The position numbers and the translations under genes were made by a program. A stretch of 64,000 nucleotides of DNA from Christensenellales bacterium (GTDB taxonomy: Bacteria; Bacillota; Clostridia; Christensenellales; SZUA-584): positions 1,619,806 to 1,683,805 of the forward strand of contig JAXGMA010000001.1 of NCBI GenBank assembly GCA_040768905.1, read 5' to 3'. The notes beneath the pieces were generated by a model. The model was given only the letters and a program-made list of their open reading frames with translations. It made no database searches and was not told the DNA's origin. Below are positions 1-8,995 of this stretch, piece after piece (position 1 is the stretch's first letter; each line of letters starts with the position of its first letter).

Positions 1-599
1 ATCAGAACGCCTCCGTTTGCATAAACCTCTATGACTTCACTGCCCGCGAGGTAGCGCGCCATATCGAAATCATGAATCATCATGTCAAGAAAAATCCCGC
101 CTGACACTTTAATGTACGGAATCGGAGGCGGAGCAGGATCTCTCGACGTCACTTTGACAATCTGGACGTCTCCAATTTTATCGTCTTTTACCATATCGCG
201 GACTTTCTTAAAATTGTGATCGAACCTTCGGTTGAAGCCAATCTGAAGCTTCACGCCGCATTCCTTGACTACTTTCAACGCCGCAACAATTTGTTCAACA
301 TCAAAGCTGATCGGTTTTTCACAGAAAATCTGTTTACCCGCTCTTGCGGCTTCCATTATAATCTGCGTATGCGTATCGGTAGAAGAGCATATCACAACTG
401 CTTTGATATCAGGGTCACGCAAGATATCTTGATAATCTTTTGTCACAATGCCAACTCCGATATCTTCTGCCCATTTTACAGTTTCTTCGTTTAAATAAGG
501 TTCTGCGATAGTCTTAATTTTTGCATCCGTAATGTGCTTGGTGATGATCTCGGCGTGAATTTTACCGATTCGACCGGCGCCAATAATTCCTAACATCAT
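1..599 (-). CDS. iolG: Gfo/Idh/MocA-family NAD-dependent dehydrogenase, probable inositol 2-dehydrogenase (5' part only; C-terminus lies outside the window)
   Basis: The minus-strand translation starts MMLGIIGAGRIGKIHAEII (Rossmann GxGxxG), followed by FCEKP and GFNRRFD motifs typical of the family. A GGAGG RBS precedes the ATG at 599. It lies next to iolD and iolB. Confidence 0.7.
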   Translation of the reverse strand, partial: MMLGIIGAGRIGKIHAEIITKHITDAKIKTIAEPYLNEETVKWAEDIGVGIVTKDYQDILRDPDIKAVVICSSTDTHTQIIMEAARAGKQIFCEKPISFDVEQIVAALKVVKECGVKLQIGFNRRFDHNFKKVRDMVKDDKIGDVQIVKVTSRDPAPPPIPYIKVSGGIFLDMMIHDFDMARYLAGSEVIEVYANGGVL

Positions 600-977
600 T
601 GTCAATACCTCCATAAAATTCTATTTATGCTCAATATTACACTAACCTTAACCCAGCGGCCTTCCTTCGCTGATTTCTCCGTCGCGCCACTATGAAAACT
701 CAGACCCTTCGTGCTTCTTTGATATCGACGATGCGCTGTCCATCAATTTCTGCAGACCGATGCGCGGCGCTTCTGGCCGCCCACCCCGAGCCTGACTGCG
801 GAGAGCACGAGCTATTGTCATAAATTATCATTTCGTCGGCAGCCATATCCCCAAAACAGTCTGTCGTGATTCCTAATTTCATTTTTTATTTCTCCAATAG
901 TATATAAAAGGTCTTTGATCGTCCAGAACGAAAAACGAGTGCCTCAGCCATCCTGAGTTCTTCGGACAAAGGAGGAT

Positions 978-2843
978 CTAGAATTTCTTTGCAGCCTGTA
1001 TATGGTTATTCTGGTCTGCCTGAGCCTCAAGGATTCCGTTAATCTCGGTCACTTCGGCGACACCTATACGCCAGTAGGACTCGTAACCGGGGGACTCCGT
1101 TCCCTTCAGGGTCATAATCTCGATCACACAGCTTGCTTCCTGTTTTTTCGCATCTTCAAGCGCCGCCTTCAATTCATTATTTGTTTTTACACGATACCCT
1201 TTGCAGCCCATGCTTTCAGCGTGCCTCACATAATCCACGTTAATGAGCTCACCATCGCAGATACCGGTCTGCGGGTTATATTTTCGAAACTCGTTGCCTT
1301 CGCCTCGCTGACCGGCTTCGATCTGCAGTCCGGCAATGCATTGGCAGCCATAATTGTTCATTATGAGCGCAGTTATTTTTTTGCCTTCTCTTAAAGAGGT
1401 AAAAAGCTCGCTGTTCAGCATCATATAGCTGGCATCGCCCATCACGGTATAAACCTCGCTGTCCGGAAATGCAAATTTCGAACCGAGCGCACCTGCAATT
1501 TCATATCCCATGCAGGAAAAGGCATACTCCATATTGTAAGTGCCAGGATTCTTTGTTCTCCAAAGTCTTTGCATACAACCGGGCAATGTGCCTGCTGCCG
1601 CGACGATGATCGCATCGTTATCAAGAACTTCGTTGATAATACCGAGCGCTGCCGTTTGGGCAATACGCCCTTCACATTTCATGGAATAAAGCCTGTCCTG
1701 CTCTTTTTCCCACTCTTCCTTCGCATCCGCAAAAAACTTTGCATCAAACTCGGATTTGTATCCGATCTTCTCAAGCGCTTTGGTCATCTCGCAAACAGCA
1801 GCTTTCGCGTCAGCACAGATAGGAAGCGCGTTCATCTTGTAGTTGTCAAAGTTGTTGACGTTTACGGAAATAAACTTACAGTTTTCATTTTTGAACTGCC
1901 ACTTGGATGCTGTAGTAAAATCGGTAAAGCGAGTTCCGATGCCAATCACGACATCTGTCTCTTTTGCAAGACGGTTGACAGGCGCCGTGCCGTGAACACC
2001 TTCTGCTCCCAATAAATAGGGCTCGGACCAGCTATAAGCGCCCTTACCAGCATGTGTCTCTGTCAGCGGGATGTTAAACTTCTTCGCCATCTCAAGAACC
2101 TCAGCCTCCGCGCCAGAGTATACAACACCACCACCGACAATTATCATGGGCTTTTTAGCATTCTTCATGATTTCTGTAAACTTATCGATCACCTCGGGAA
2201 CAGGGTTCATGCGGTTGACGTAATGGACTCTTTTGTCAAAGAACTCTTCCGGATAGTCATATGCTTCTGCCTGTACATCCTGAGGAAGCGCAAGGCAAAC
2301 AGCGCCTGTATTCACGGGGTCGGTGAGCGTACGCATCGCATGGAGAGCGGCTGTCATGAGCTGCTCGGGGCGGCTCACTCTATCCCAATAGGTACAGACA
2401 GCCTTGAATGCATCGTTTGCGGTAATGGTATAATCGTGAAACTGTTCAATCTGCTGCAGCACCGGATCGGGCTGACGTGTAGCAAATATATCCCCCGGCA
2501 GCAGAAGCACAGGCAGTCTGTTGGCCGTAGCAACACCTGCCGCCGTGATCATATTCAGGGCGCCGGGGCCGATTGATGTGGTACACGCAAAAATCTCTTT
2601 TCTTTTTTTCATCTTTGCATAAGATACTGCCGCCTGTACTGCGCCCTGCTCGTTCATAACCTGGTGAAACTTCAAATCGCCGTCGAACTCTTCCATAGCC
2701 TGCCCGAGCCCCGTGCAGTTGCCATGTCCGTAAATACCCATAATACATTTTACGAATTTGTTTTCGACACCGTCTATGCTTATATACTGGTTATCTAGAA
2801 AACGCACAAGTGCCTGTGCCATAGTCAGCTTTATAGTTTTCAT
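978..2843 (-). CDS. iolD: 3D-(3,5/4)-trihydroxycyclohexane-1,2-dione acylhydrolase (TPP enzyme IolD)
   Basis: The ORF has an MKTIKLTMAQALVRFLDNQYI N-terminus and overall ThDP-enzyme architecture matching IolD. AAGGAGAAG RBS lies before the ATG at 2843, and the 5' extension to 2870 given in the ORF track is unlikely. Confidence 0.88.
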   Translation of the reverse strand: MKTIKLTMAQALVRFLDNQYISIDGVENKFVKCIMGIYGHGNCTGLGQAMEEFDGDLKFHQVMNEQGAVQAAVSYAKMKKRKEIFACTTSIGPGALNMITAAGVATANRLPVLLLPGDIFATRQPDPVLQQIEQFHDYTITANDAFKAVCTYWDRVSRPEQLMTAALHAMRTLTDPVNTGAVCLALPQDVQAEAYDYPEEFFDKRVHYVNRMNPVPEVIDKFTEIMKNAKKPMIIVGGGVVYSGAEAEVLEMAKKFNIPLTETHAGKGAYSWSEPYLLGAEGVHGTAPVNRLAKETDVVIGIGTRFTDFTTASKWQFKNENCKFISVNVNNFDNYKMNALPICADAKAAVCEMTKALEKIGYKSEFDAKFFADAKEEWEKEQDRLYSMKCEGRIAQTAALGIINEVLDNDAIIVAAAGTLPGCMQRLWRTKNPGTYNMEYAFSCMGYEIAGALGSKFAFPDSEVYTVMGDASYMMLNSELFTSLREGKKITALIMNNYGCQCIAGLQIEAGQRGEGNEFRKYNPQTGICDGELINVDYVRHAESMGCKGYRVKTNNELKAALEDAKKQEASCVIEIMTLKGTESPGYESYWRIGVAEVTEINGILEAQADQNNHIQAAKKF

Positions 2844-2918
2844 AATCGCTCTTCTCCTTTTCCGTACCAAATACTATATGATTGCCTCTATAAATATCTT
2901 CTGCCGGACTCGCCGCCT

Positions 2919-3713
2919 TTATATCTCGGGGAAAAACTTCGCGTCCGCCTGCGTTGTCCATTGGTATTCCTTAACAACGGAAGTCGCTATATCTTTTTCT
3001 TCTCTTAAGCGAATGCACCAAAGATAAAATTCCGAATACCCGGGGGCAGCAACCTGGGAATGTGTCACATTTGCTGGCATTCCCATCAGATCGTTATGAC
3101 GTACTTTAAAAGCCTGATCTCCGTATTCCGCAAAGCCATAGCCGTTTTCAGGCAGAAATTTGTAATAATACATTTCCGGTTCAACATGCTGATGAGGGGG
3201 ATAAGACGACCATTTGCCTGGAAAATGGACAACTTCACCAAGGAAAAAATTCGTTTCCGGACAATTCGACCGGTCAAAGAATGTTCTTACAATACGAGTC
3301 GCACATTCGTTCAGCTGGCCTGCGCCCCGTTCCTCGTTCGCGCAGATGCAATCTTTCGGATAAATCAGCTTTGAATAAAACGATTTATTATTTTCCGTGC
3401 GCATGACGGCAACTTCTGTTTTTTCAGAAAGACACGAAACAGCAACATGTACATTAGACGGAACATGCAGCAGGACTGCCCCGTCATGGAAACAGCACTT
3501 CCTGTTTACCGTTTCTTTTCTCCCCTCCCATTCAAAGATAACTTCGCCGAAAAGAAGATCAAAAACCGTCTCCTCTGGATAGCAGAAATTAAACACATCA
3601 TGTTTTCCCATCGAAACAACACCAAATTCCATACCCACCATCTCCGGATTATTGACGCTGGATAGCATTTCATTGTAACCCTTTTCAAAAGGCTTTTGTC
3701 TCTTATAATTCAT
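2919..3713 (-). CDS. iolB: 5-deoxy-glucuronate isomerase (KduI/IolB family)
   Basis: The 264-aa cupin-type protein carries PGKWSSYPPHQH and a YYYKF motif characteristic of IolB. It sits directly upstream of iolD on the same strand. Confidence 0.85.
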   Translation of the reverse strand: MNYKRQKPFEKGYNEMLSSVNNPEMVGMEFGVVSMGKHDVFNFCYPEETVFDLLFGEVIFEWEGRKETVNRKCCFHDGAVLLHVPSNVHVAVSCLSEKTEVAVMRTENNKSFYSKLIYPKDCICANEERGAGQLNECATRIVRTFFDRSNCPETNFFLGEVVHFPGKWSSYPPHQHVEPEMYYYKFLPENGYGFAEYGDQAFKVRHNDLMGMPANVTHSQVAAPGYSEFYLWCIRLREEKDIATSVVKEYQWTTQADAKFFPEI

Positions 3714-3929
3714 TCACAATTCTCCTTTTTTAAGTATTACTATTCCGAATGCCGAAAAAACTATCAAAAATATTCGACGCCAAAGTTTTGATTGAATATA
3801 TTTTTTATTTAGCTTATTACTTGGCATCGTTTTCTTTTAATAAATAGTCGTTTATATTAGTACATATATTATCTTAATAAAAATCAAACACATTAACAAT
3901 GCGTGTTTATTTCGTTTTTCAGGGGTTTT

Positions 3930-4296
3930 CATTTGTTCTTTTGGCCGGTTATGCGACTTTTCCCTGAATGTCCGATTAGTCTGCATTCATGAATGACTGC
4001 CTCCGGTAATACTATAGATTTCTTGTCCAGTTTCCGCTATTTCAGTATCACCGGGCCTCTTTTTTGAGTAAAAGCTTTGCAGGCAGTATTTGTCCGCAAA
4101 CTTGAAACGGCTACACTAAGCTAGACAGAGAAAATACGGGCAACCAGTCCTTAAAGCTCTCGTTTCCCCTGATCCACAGCCCCAAGACGTCCTTTATACC
4201 TTCAAGAGTGATGCTAATCAATAACGGCCTTCTTGATTATTCGCCCGTCCTGACGCGATAGTGAATGGCGTCAATATAGATAACGGCATAGATACA
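3930..4296 (-). pseudogene. IS256-family (Mutator-type) transposase remnant; internal fragment with frameshifts and stops
   Basis: Minus-strand translation gives AVIYIDAIHYRVRTGE, then (shifted frame) IIKKAVID, then ISITLEGIKDVLGLWIRGNESFKDWL. This resembles the conserved IYIDAIHFKVR...G.EGxKEVLG..xGENES core of IS256 transposases. Several stops interrupt it, and both termini are missing. Confidence 0.5.
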
Positions 4297-5037
4297 ATAT
4301 ACATATTCAAACACCGCTGCCCGAACCGACTCTTTCGTCTCATAGTGCGTCCAGTGTATCAGCTCTTTCTTCATAGTCGCAAAGAAGCTCTCCGACCATG
4401 CGTTGTCGCCCGGCATCCCCACTCGCGAGAAGCTCTGATGCAGCCCATATTGCTGCAGCATTCCCATTACGGCTTTTGATGTATACTGGCTGCCCCTGTC
4501 GCTATGGAAGATGCAGCCTTCAGCCAGTTTGTGCCTTGCTATCATCGCCAGTATCGCATTGATCACGAGTTCCTTTGTCATTCTGTCTGCCATATGATCT
4601 CCAAGTATCTCGCCAGTTACGATATCCCTGACCACACAGTGATACATGAACCCCTCGTCCGTTCTCAGGTATGTAATATCGCTTGTAAGCCCCATTCTCG
4701 GCTTGATCGGAAATTCTTGATCCCTTAGGATATTCGGATACCCATCGCCTCTGGCTTTCTTGCTGTTCGTCAGGCTCTTGGCTCTATGCCTGTTGTGGCA
4801 TGAGTCCAAATACATCTCGGCCATGTATTCAGCGCATTTCTTGCGGCCTATGCTTTCGCCTTTTTTGCGAAGTTCTGCGGTAATCCTATCTGGTCCATAC
4901 GTACCACGACTCTCGTCAAACTCTTTTTTGATTCTTTCCTTTAAATGCGCTTCCCGTCTTTCAATGGCTACCCGATTCCTGAGCCAGGCATAATATCCTG
5001 TTCGCTCTATTTTCAGAATTGCGGCCCACTTCGCCAC
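4237..5037 (-). CDS. IS3-family transposase OrfB (DDE/rve integrase domain), C-terminally truncated and read through into IS256 debris
   Basis: Motifs include GTYGPDRITAELRK, TSDITY, FHSDRGSQYTS and GMPGDNAWSESFF (DDE catalytic region). The reading frame is -1 relative to OrfA. The usual C-terminal FYNxxRxH segment is replaced by an IS256-like sequence. Confidence 0.85.
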   Translation of the reverse strand: MAKWAAILKIERTGYYAWLRNRVAIERREAHLKERIKKEFDESRGTYGPDRITAELRKKGESIGRKKCAEYMAEMYLDSCHNRHRAKSLTNSKKARGDGYPNILRDQEFPIKPRMGLTSDITYLRTDEGFMYHCVVRDIVTGEILGDHMADRMTKELVINAILAMIARHKLAEGCIFHSDRGSQYTSKAVMGMLQQYGLHQSFSRVGMPGDNAWSESFFATMKKELIHWTHYETKESVRAAVFEYVYCIYAVIYIDAIHYRVRTGE

Positions 5038-5072
5038 AGGGTACTCGGGGTTACCCCGTATAAATTGATATC

Positions 5073-5354
5073 TTACTTTTGGTGACTCGCGAAGTAGGCC
5101 GCTGCTTTTTTTAGCATGTCACGCTCCATTCTGGCCTCTGCAAGCTGTCTTCGTAAGTCTCTGTTTTCTTCTTCAAGTGTGGTGAACTTTGTTTTATCAC
5201 CATCAGCGGTATACTTTCGCCGCCAGTTGTAAAGCAGATTTTCGTGAATCCCCAAATCATCTGCTATCTCTTTTACCGATTTTGGGCTTGCGTACGATAA
5301 CTTGACCGCATTCTTCTTAAAATCGTCATCATATTTCTTCCTGTATTCTCCCAT
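5073..5354 (-). CDS. IS3-family transposase OrfA (HTH)
   Basis: MGEYRKKYDDDFKKNAVKLSY...IADDLGIHENLLYNWRRKY is a typical IS3 OrfA, with a leucine-zipper-like C-terminus. A GGAGG RBS precedes the ATG at 5354. Confidence 0.8.
   Translation of the reverse strand: MGEYRKKYDDDFKKNAVKLSYASPKSVKEIADDLGIHENLLYNWRRKYTADGDKTKFTTLEEENRDLRRQLAEARMERDMLKKAAAYFASHQK
5106..5112 (-). other. Putative programmed -1 ribosomal frameshift slippery run (A7 on the minus strand) joining IS3 OrfA to OrfB
   Basis: The minus strand reads CTA AAA AAA GCA near the end of OrfA. The OrfB frame is offset by -1 (coordinate arithmetic: 5396-5037=359, which is 2 mod 3). Confidence 0.6.
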
Positions 5355-5568
5355 TTCTCCGCCTCCGATTTCTGAGCGTTCATTCGCTCTTTCCATCTTA
5401 GCAGATTGTCTAAAATTCTAACACACTCCCAAACCCTTTATGAAAAAATTAATAAAGGGTTTTGCACATTTGATATTAATACATATCAATTTGTCGCCAC
5501 TTAAAAAGAAATTTGCCACTTAACATGTTTAAGTCATTTGTTCAATTGTTAAATTATAATGTGTTCAG

Positions 5569-5886
5569 CTAATAATAGCCTCTGTTTTTCCAAAATTCTC
5601 GCCGCTTTTTTCGCCGTTCAGCCCACTCATAAACCCAATCTGGACAGCGCTTTACATGAATATTGGATTGCCTACACCACCGTTGCAGTGTTCGTCTAGG
5701 TACTGTTAATATACGCGAGGTAGCCCTGATGCCATATTCGTTTATTTGTATAAATGCATATCTTTTTTGCTGATAAGAATAATGTCCACCCTTACCTAAG
5801 CTAATGAACTCTGCTTTTATTTCTTCATATAATTGCTGTTGCATTAGGCATATAAGCTGTTTTGTTGAAATGTTCAGTCTGTTCAC
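5569..5886 (-). CDS. Hypothetical small protein with a central helix-turn-helix-like segment (island-encoded)
   Basis: 105-aa ORF. The segment IRATSRILTVPRRTLQRWCRQ resembles an HTH. No further family assignment is possible by eye. Confidence 0.45.
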   Translation of the reverse strand: MNRLNISTKQLICLMQQQLYEEIKAEFISLGKGGHYSYQQKRYAFIQINEYGIRATSRILTVPRRTLQRWCRQSNIHVKRCPDWVYEWAERRKKRREFWKNRGYY

Positions 5887-5999
5887 CTGCCTGTATTCAA
5901 TTAGTGAATGTGCAAAATGTGCAAAATAAATGTAACCCTTTATGTTTATATATCATATATGATACTTTACAAGTAAAATGCACAGATTGCACAATTATA

Positions 6000-8435
6000 T
6001 TATTCGTACCACTTTCTTTTTGGCTTATTATCATAAGATAGTTTATTATCAACAATCCTCAGGGACGCCTGGATACCTTCCTCACAGTCTCTAATATAAT
6101 CCTTTGGCAACTTATACCCTGCAACGACATTTTTTACTGTTTGCCCACAGACTGTTCCAGTGCTCCTTAACAAACCCTTTGTGCGCAACTCATCATAAAA
6201 TTTTGATTTATTTTCAACCCCGTAGTTATGATAATCACACCAGCGCGAAAATGCTTCATAGACATCCTTTGCTTTTAGATTTGTTTGTGCGGGCTCTAGG
6301 CATTCTTCAATAAAATTATCTATTTTTGCGCTGTTCTTGCGATAATGATTGGTCGCACTGATGATGCTTTGCGGTGCTTCCGCTCCCTCTTCGCGAAATA
6401 ACTTAAGGCCCTCTAAACAATAGTTAAAAATTCCGCTGATGTTCTCTCTGCTTTTTAATCGCTCCTTTAATGTTTTGTCCTGTGAAGCCTCATCAAAATG
6501 CCTGTTAAAGGGTATCACTGTTAAACGCCCGCTGGTAAACAGTGTATCGTCAAGAATAACGGGTAAATGATTCGTATTTATGAATAGCTTGAATCCTGGA
6601 ACAAATTGCATCTCTCGCTCATACAAATGTCTGGCTGTGATAGTATCGCGCCCTAAAAGCGCTTTAAGCAACCCTGCGTCAAAAACCATATTATTGGAAG
6701 GCTCACGGGCCTTTAGAAACCTGCAATCCTTTAACCGGGCAATATCTCCACTTGCTTGCCTGCCGTCGCTATTAAGCTTATATGCTAGTGTTTCAGGGTT
6801 CATAGTAAGGGCATATCCTCCGGCGCCACCCAACACATATCCAATCGTTTCAACAAGCGTACTTTTACCGTTGCGCGTTGTAGGACCATAAAGCAAAAAA
6901 CAGGTTTCCATCGAAGTGTCGGTTGTAAGGGAATACCCTAATATCTTCTGTAGGTATTTGATATTTTCACCATCGCCCTCCATTATTTCATCCATGAATT
7001 TTTCAAATTCTGGGGTGCATGCATTTTCATCATAGACAACATTAGAGATTTTTGAAAGCATATCGCTGGCCTTGTGTTTCCTAAACTCAAGACTTTTTAA
7101 ATCGTAAGTTCCGTTTAAACAGTTTATCAAATCAACGTTGCTATCTAAATCACCAGCACATATACAATATTTGTCTCTGGCGTCTTTTACTATTGTTTCT
7201 CTAAAGCTTAATTTTCTAAGCTTCAGCAGATATTTTAAGTATCTATCTGCTGTTTGTTCATCGCTAATGCCCATGGCATATTGTATTAATTCATCAACCA
7301 TTTTCTTTACTAATCGGCTAACAATCATACCCTCAGCATCGGGCAACCATACTTTACTATTATAAATGTACCATTCTTTTGCTGTTGTATTGTATCTGCA
7401 TTTATCTTTATGTAAATCAGCAAAAAGCTCGCTTGTTCCTTTGTCATCGTACGTGTATTTTTCATGCGGCATTAAGTCCTGTAATATAGCTTGATATTCA
7501 TTATCAAGGGAGATGGAAGGGGCTTTTTTATCAAACAGGGTAGAAGTCCGAGGTATTCCGTATAGTTCATGTTTAAAGTATCCTATTGCTTCTTTTAAAC
7601 CCAGATGTTGTGATTCCATAATGTAATCGATAATAGAGCCGCCTTTATTACAGTGTGCACCAAAACACATAAAAGTGTTTGTACCATGATAGTATACAAG
7701 GTCACTATTATGTCCACAAAGTTCACAGGTCTTGAACATAGCATACTTGGAATTATTACATTCAAGTTCTCCGTTCCGCGCTTTAAGATATCCAAAGAAG
7801 TCGAAATCTCTTTTTAGACTATCTAACTCCTTCATATCATATGCATTAAGATTTGCTATCTGCAACGGATTGCTATCTTTAGGTAGCGAATAATGACTTA
7901 ATATATCCTCAAATGTAAACATAGCTTGTCCATCACAAATAGTAGCTCTTTGGTTGGTTCCTAGAAATATTCTGTCGGCGTTTTTACATGCCATATCACA
8001 CTGCGGAAAAAGGGATTGCAAGCATTCCATAATTACTTCTCTTTTAGAATTTAAAGTAATAACCTCGTTACAAATAAAAGCAAGGCGGTATTTTGGCTTG
8101 CTTTCAGAATCGCTAAAAGTAGGGTAATAAAAAGCAGGGGATAGGTTATTTTTCTTACATATGTCAAGCGCATCTTCGATTCTTAGAACCGATTCTTCAT
8201 GGTTGTCATTATCAATATCGACACAAAATAATTGCTGCTCTGACCAGTTCTGCGCACCCATTCCGTCCTTAAGAACAGCAGGGCTAAAACTATACCCTTT
8301 CTGTATTTTATCAACAAGCTGTTCTAAAGATATCTCACAAGGGGGTGAAAGCTGGATACGTTTTTTTATTTTACCAAAATCGTTCTTGGCAGCTTCCTTT
8401 GTCTTGAAAGAGATTGTATCAATTTGTAATTTCAT
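6000..8435 (-). CDS. Primase-polymerase (AEP) / zinc-ribbon / D5_N / SF3 helicase replication protein (phage-plasmid primase, P4 family-like)
   Basis: It has FCVDIDNDNHEE (AEP DxD motif), the Cys/His cluster CELCGHN...CFGAHC, and a Walker A LLYGPTTRNGKST. The following FINTNH-type segment is typical of the P4-family primase C-terminal domain. Confidence 0.82.
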   Translation of the reverse strand: MKLQIDTISFKTKEAAKNDFGKIKKRIQLSPPCEISLEQLVDKIQKGYSFSPAVLKDGMGAQNWSEQQLFCVDIDNDNHEESVLRIEDALDICKKNNLSPAFYYPTFSDSESKPKYRLAFICNEVITLNSKREVIMECLQSLFPQCDMACKNADRIFLGTNQRATICDGQAMFTFEDILSHYSLPKDSNPLQIANLNAYDMKELDSLKRDFDFFGYLKARNGELECNNSKYAMFKTCELCGHNSDLVYYHGTNTFMCFGAHCNKGGSIIDYIMESQHLGLKEAIGYFKHELYGIPRTSTLFDKKAPSISLDNEYQAILQDLMPHEKYTYDDKGTSELFADLHKDKCRYNTTAKEWYIYNSKVWLPDAEGMIVSRLVKKMVDELIQYAMGISDEQTADRYLKYLLKLRKLSFRETIVKDARDKYCICAGDLDSNVDLINCLNGTYDLKSLEFRKHKASDMLSKISNVVYDENACTPEFEKFMDEIMEGDGENIKYLQKILGYSLTTDTSMETCFLLYGPTTRNGKSTLVETIGYVLGGAGGYALTMNPETLAYKLNSDGRQASGDIARLKDCRFLKAREPSNNMVFDAGLLKALLGRDTITARHLYEREMQFVPGFKLFINTNHLPVILDDTLFTSGRLTVIPFNRHFDEASQDKTLKERLKSRENISGIFNYCLEGLKLFREEGAEAPQSIISATNHYRKNSAKIDNFIEECLEPAQTNLKAKDVYEAFSRWCDYHNYGVENKSKFYDELRTKGLLRSTGTVCGQTVKNVVAGYKLPKDYIRDCEEGIQASLRIVDNKLSYDNKPKRKWYE

Positions 8436-8647
8436 AATGATTTACCACTTTCATTATTTAACCATGCTCGAAGAGCTTCCACCGGAATTAGAATCCGTCG
8501 ATCACCTACTTTAATTGCTGGAAACCCTTCTTGCTTGATGAGCTTATAAGCTATAGGACGGCTTATACCAAGAAGCTGAGCCATTTCATCAACGCTAAGC
8601 GCTAATTTTTCAAAATGATTTAAATTAATAATTTGATCCATAATCAA
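8432..8647 (-). CDS. Excisionase-family / MerR-type HTH DNA-binding protein
   Basis: The sequence LSVDEMAQLLGISRPIAYKLIKQEGFPAIKVGDRRILIPVEALRAWL is the typical helix-turn-helix excisionase-family signature. The ORF overlaps the primase start by 4 nt. Confidence 0.7.
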   Translation of the reverse strand: MIMDQIINLNHFEKLALSVDEMAQLLGISRPIAYKLIKQEGFPAIKVGDRRILIPVEALRAWLNNESGKSL

Positions 8648-8853
8648 GCCTCTTTATCTGAATTAATATCCCAAAATAGTTCTTTATCACTAATATTTAA
8701 ATACTTTGAAATACGTTTTCTCCAAGCAGGATAGAATGGCTTTTTGCCGTTTAAAGCACAATATAAATCACTTGGGGTAATCTTCGTATTCAAAGCAAGC
8801 TGCAATTTTGTAATATTACGTTCCTTTAATATTTCAAGCAAATACATTAGCAC
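8644..8853 (-). CDS. Small Cro-like HTH protein
   Basis: 69-aa ORF containing ERNITKLQLALNTKITPSDLYCALNG (HTH-like). It is divergent from the cI-like gene and first in the leftward operon. Confidence 0.5.
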   Translation of the reverse strand: MLMYLLEILKERNITKLQLALNTKITPSDLYCALNGKKPFYPAWRKRISKYLNISDKELFWDINSDKEA

Positions 8854-8882
8854 ACCTCAAAAACCATATTTTCAATAGACTA

Positions 8883-8913
8883 TTGACTATATTTATTATA
8901 GTGATTATAATAA
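8883..8913 (+). promoter_or_regulatory. Candidate promoter for the cI-like gene, with an embedded 8-bp inverted-repeat operator
   Basis: The promoter reads TTGACT (8883-8888), a 17-nt spacer, then TATAAT (8906-8911). The inverted repeat TTATTATA (8893-8900) / TATAATAA (8906-8913) overlaps the -10. Confidence 0.45.
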
Positions 8914-8995
8914 CTAATGTATAGTGGATACAGATAATAATAATACATATACAAGCCATTAATATGGATTATAATCGTAAAAAGAAGGTGATATT

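Larger units (their letters stand above)
4296..5426 (-). mobile_element. Truncated IS3-family insertion sequence (left end present, right end and inverted repeat missing)
   Basis: OrfA/OrfB have the frameshift architecture. A TGTGTTAGAATTTTAGACA-type terminus sits upstream of OrfA at about 5408-5426. No matching inverted repeat is found on the OrfB side. Confidence 0.65.

Noticed and set aside
700-882. A 60-aa ORF (MKLGITTDCFGDMAADEM...) between iolG and iolD. It might be the N-terminal stub of a sugar-phosphate isomerase/TIM-barrel (IolE-like) gene.
   Set aside because: Only the first ~10 residues resemble such proteins, and the remainder is low-complexity. There is no room for a full gene, and I cannot confirm the homology without a search. 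It is left unannotated as a possible deletion remnant.
5431-5462. A perfect 11-bp inverted repeat AAACCCTTTAT-N10-ATAAAGGGTTT next to the IS3 end. It was considered as an island terminal repeat or a terminator.
   Set aside because: No partner sequence exists at the other island end. It lacks a convincing U-tract on the strand of the upstream operon. It may simply be a stem-loop at the end of the primase operon, and its role is undetermined.
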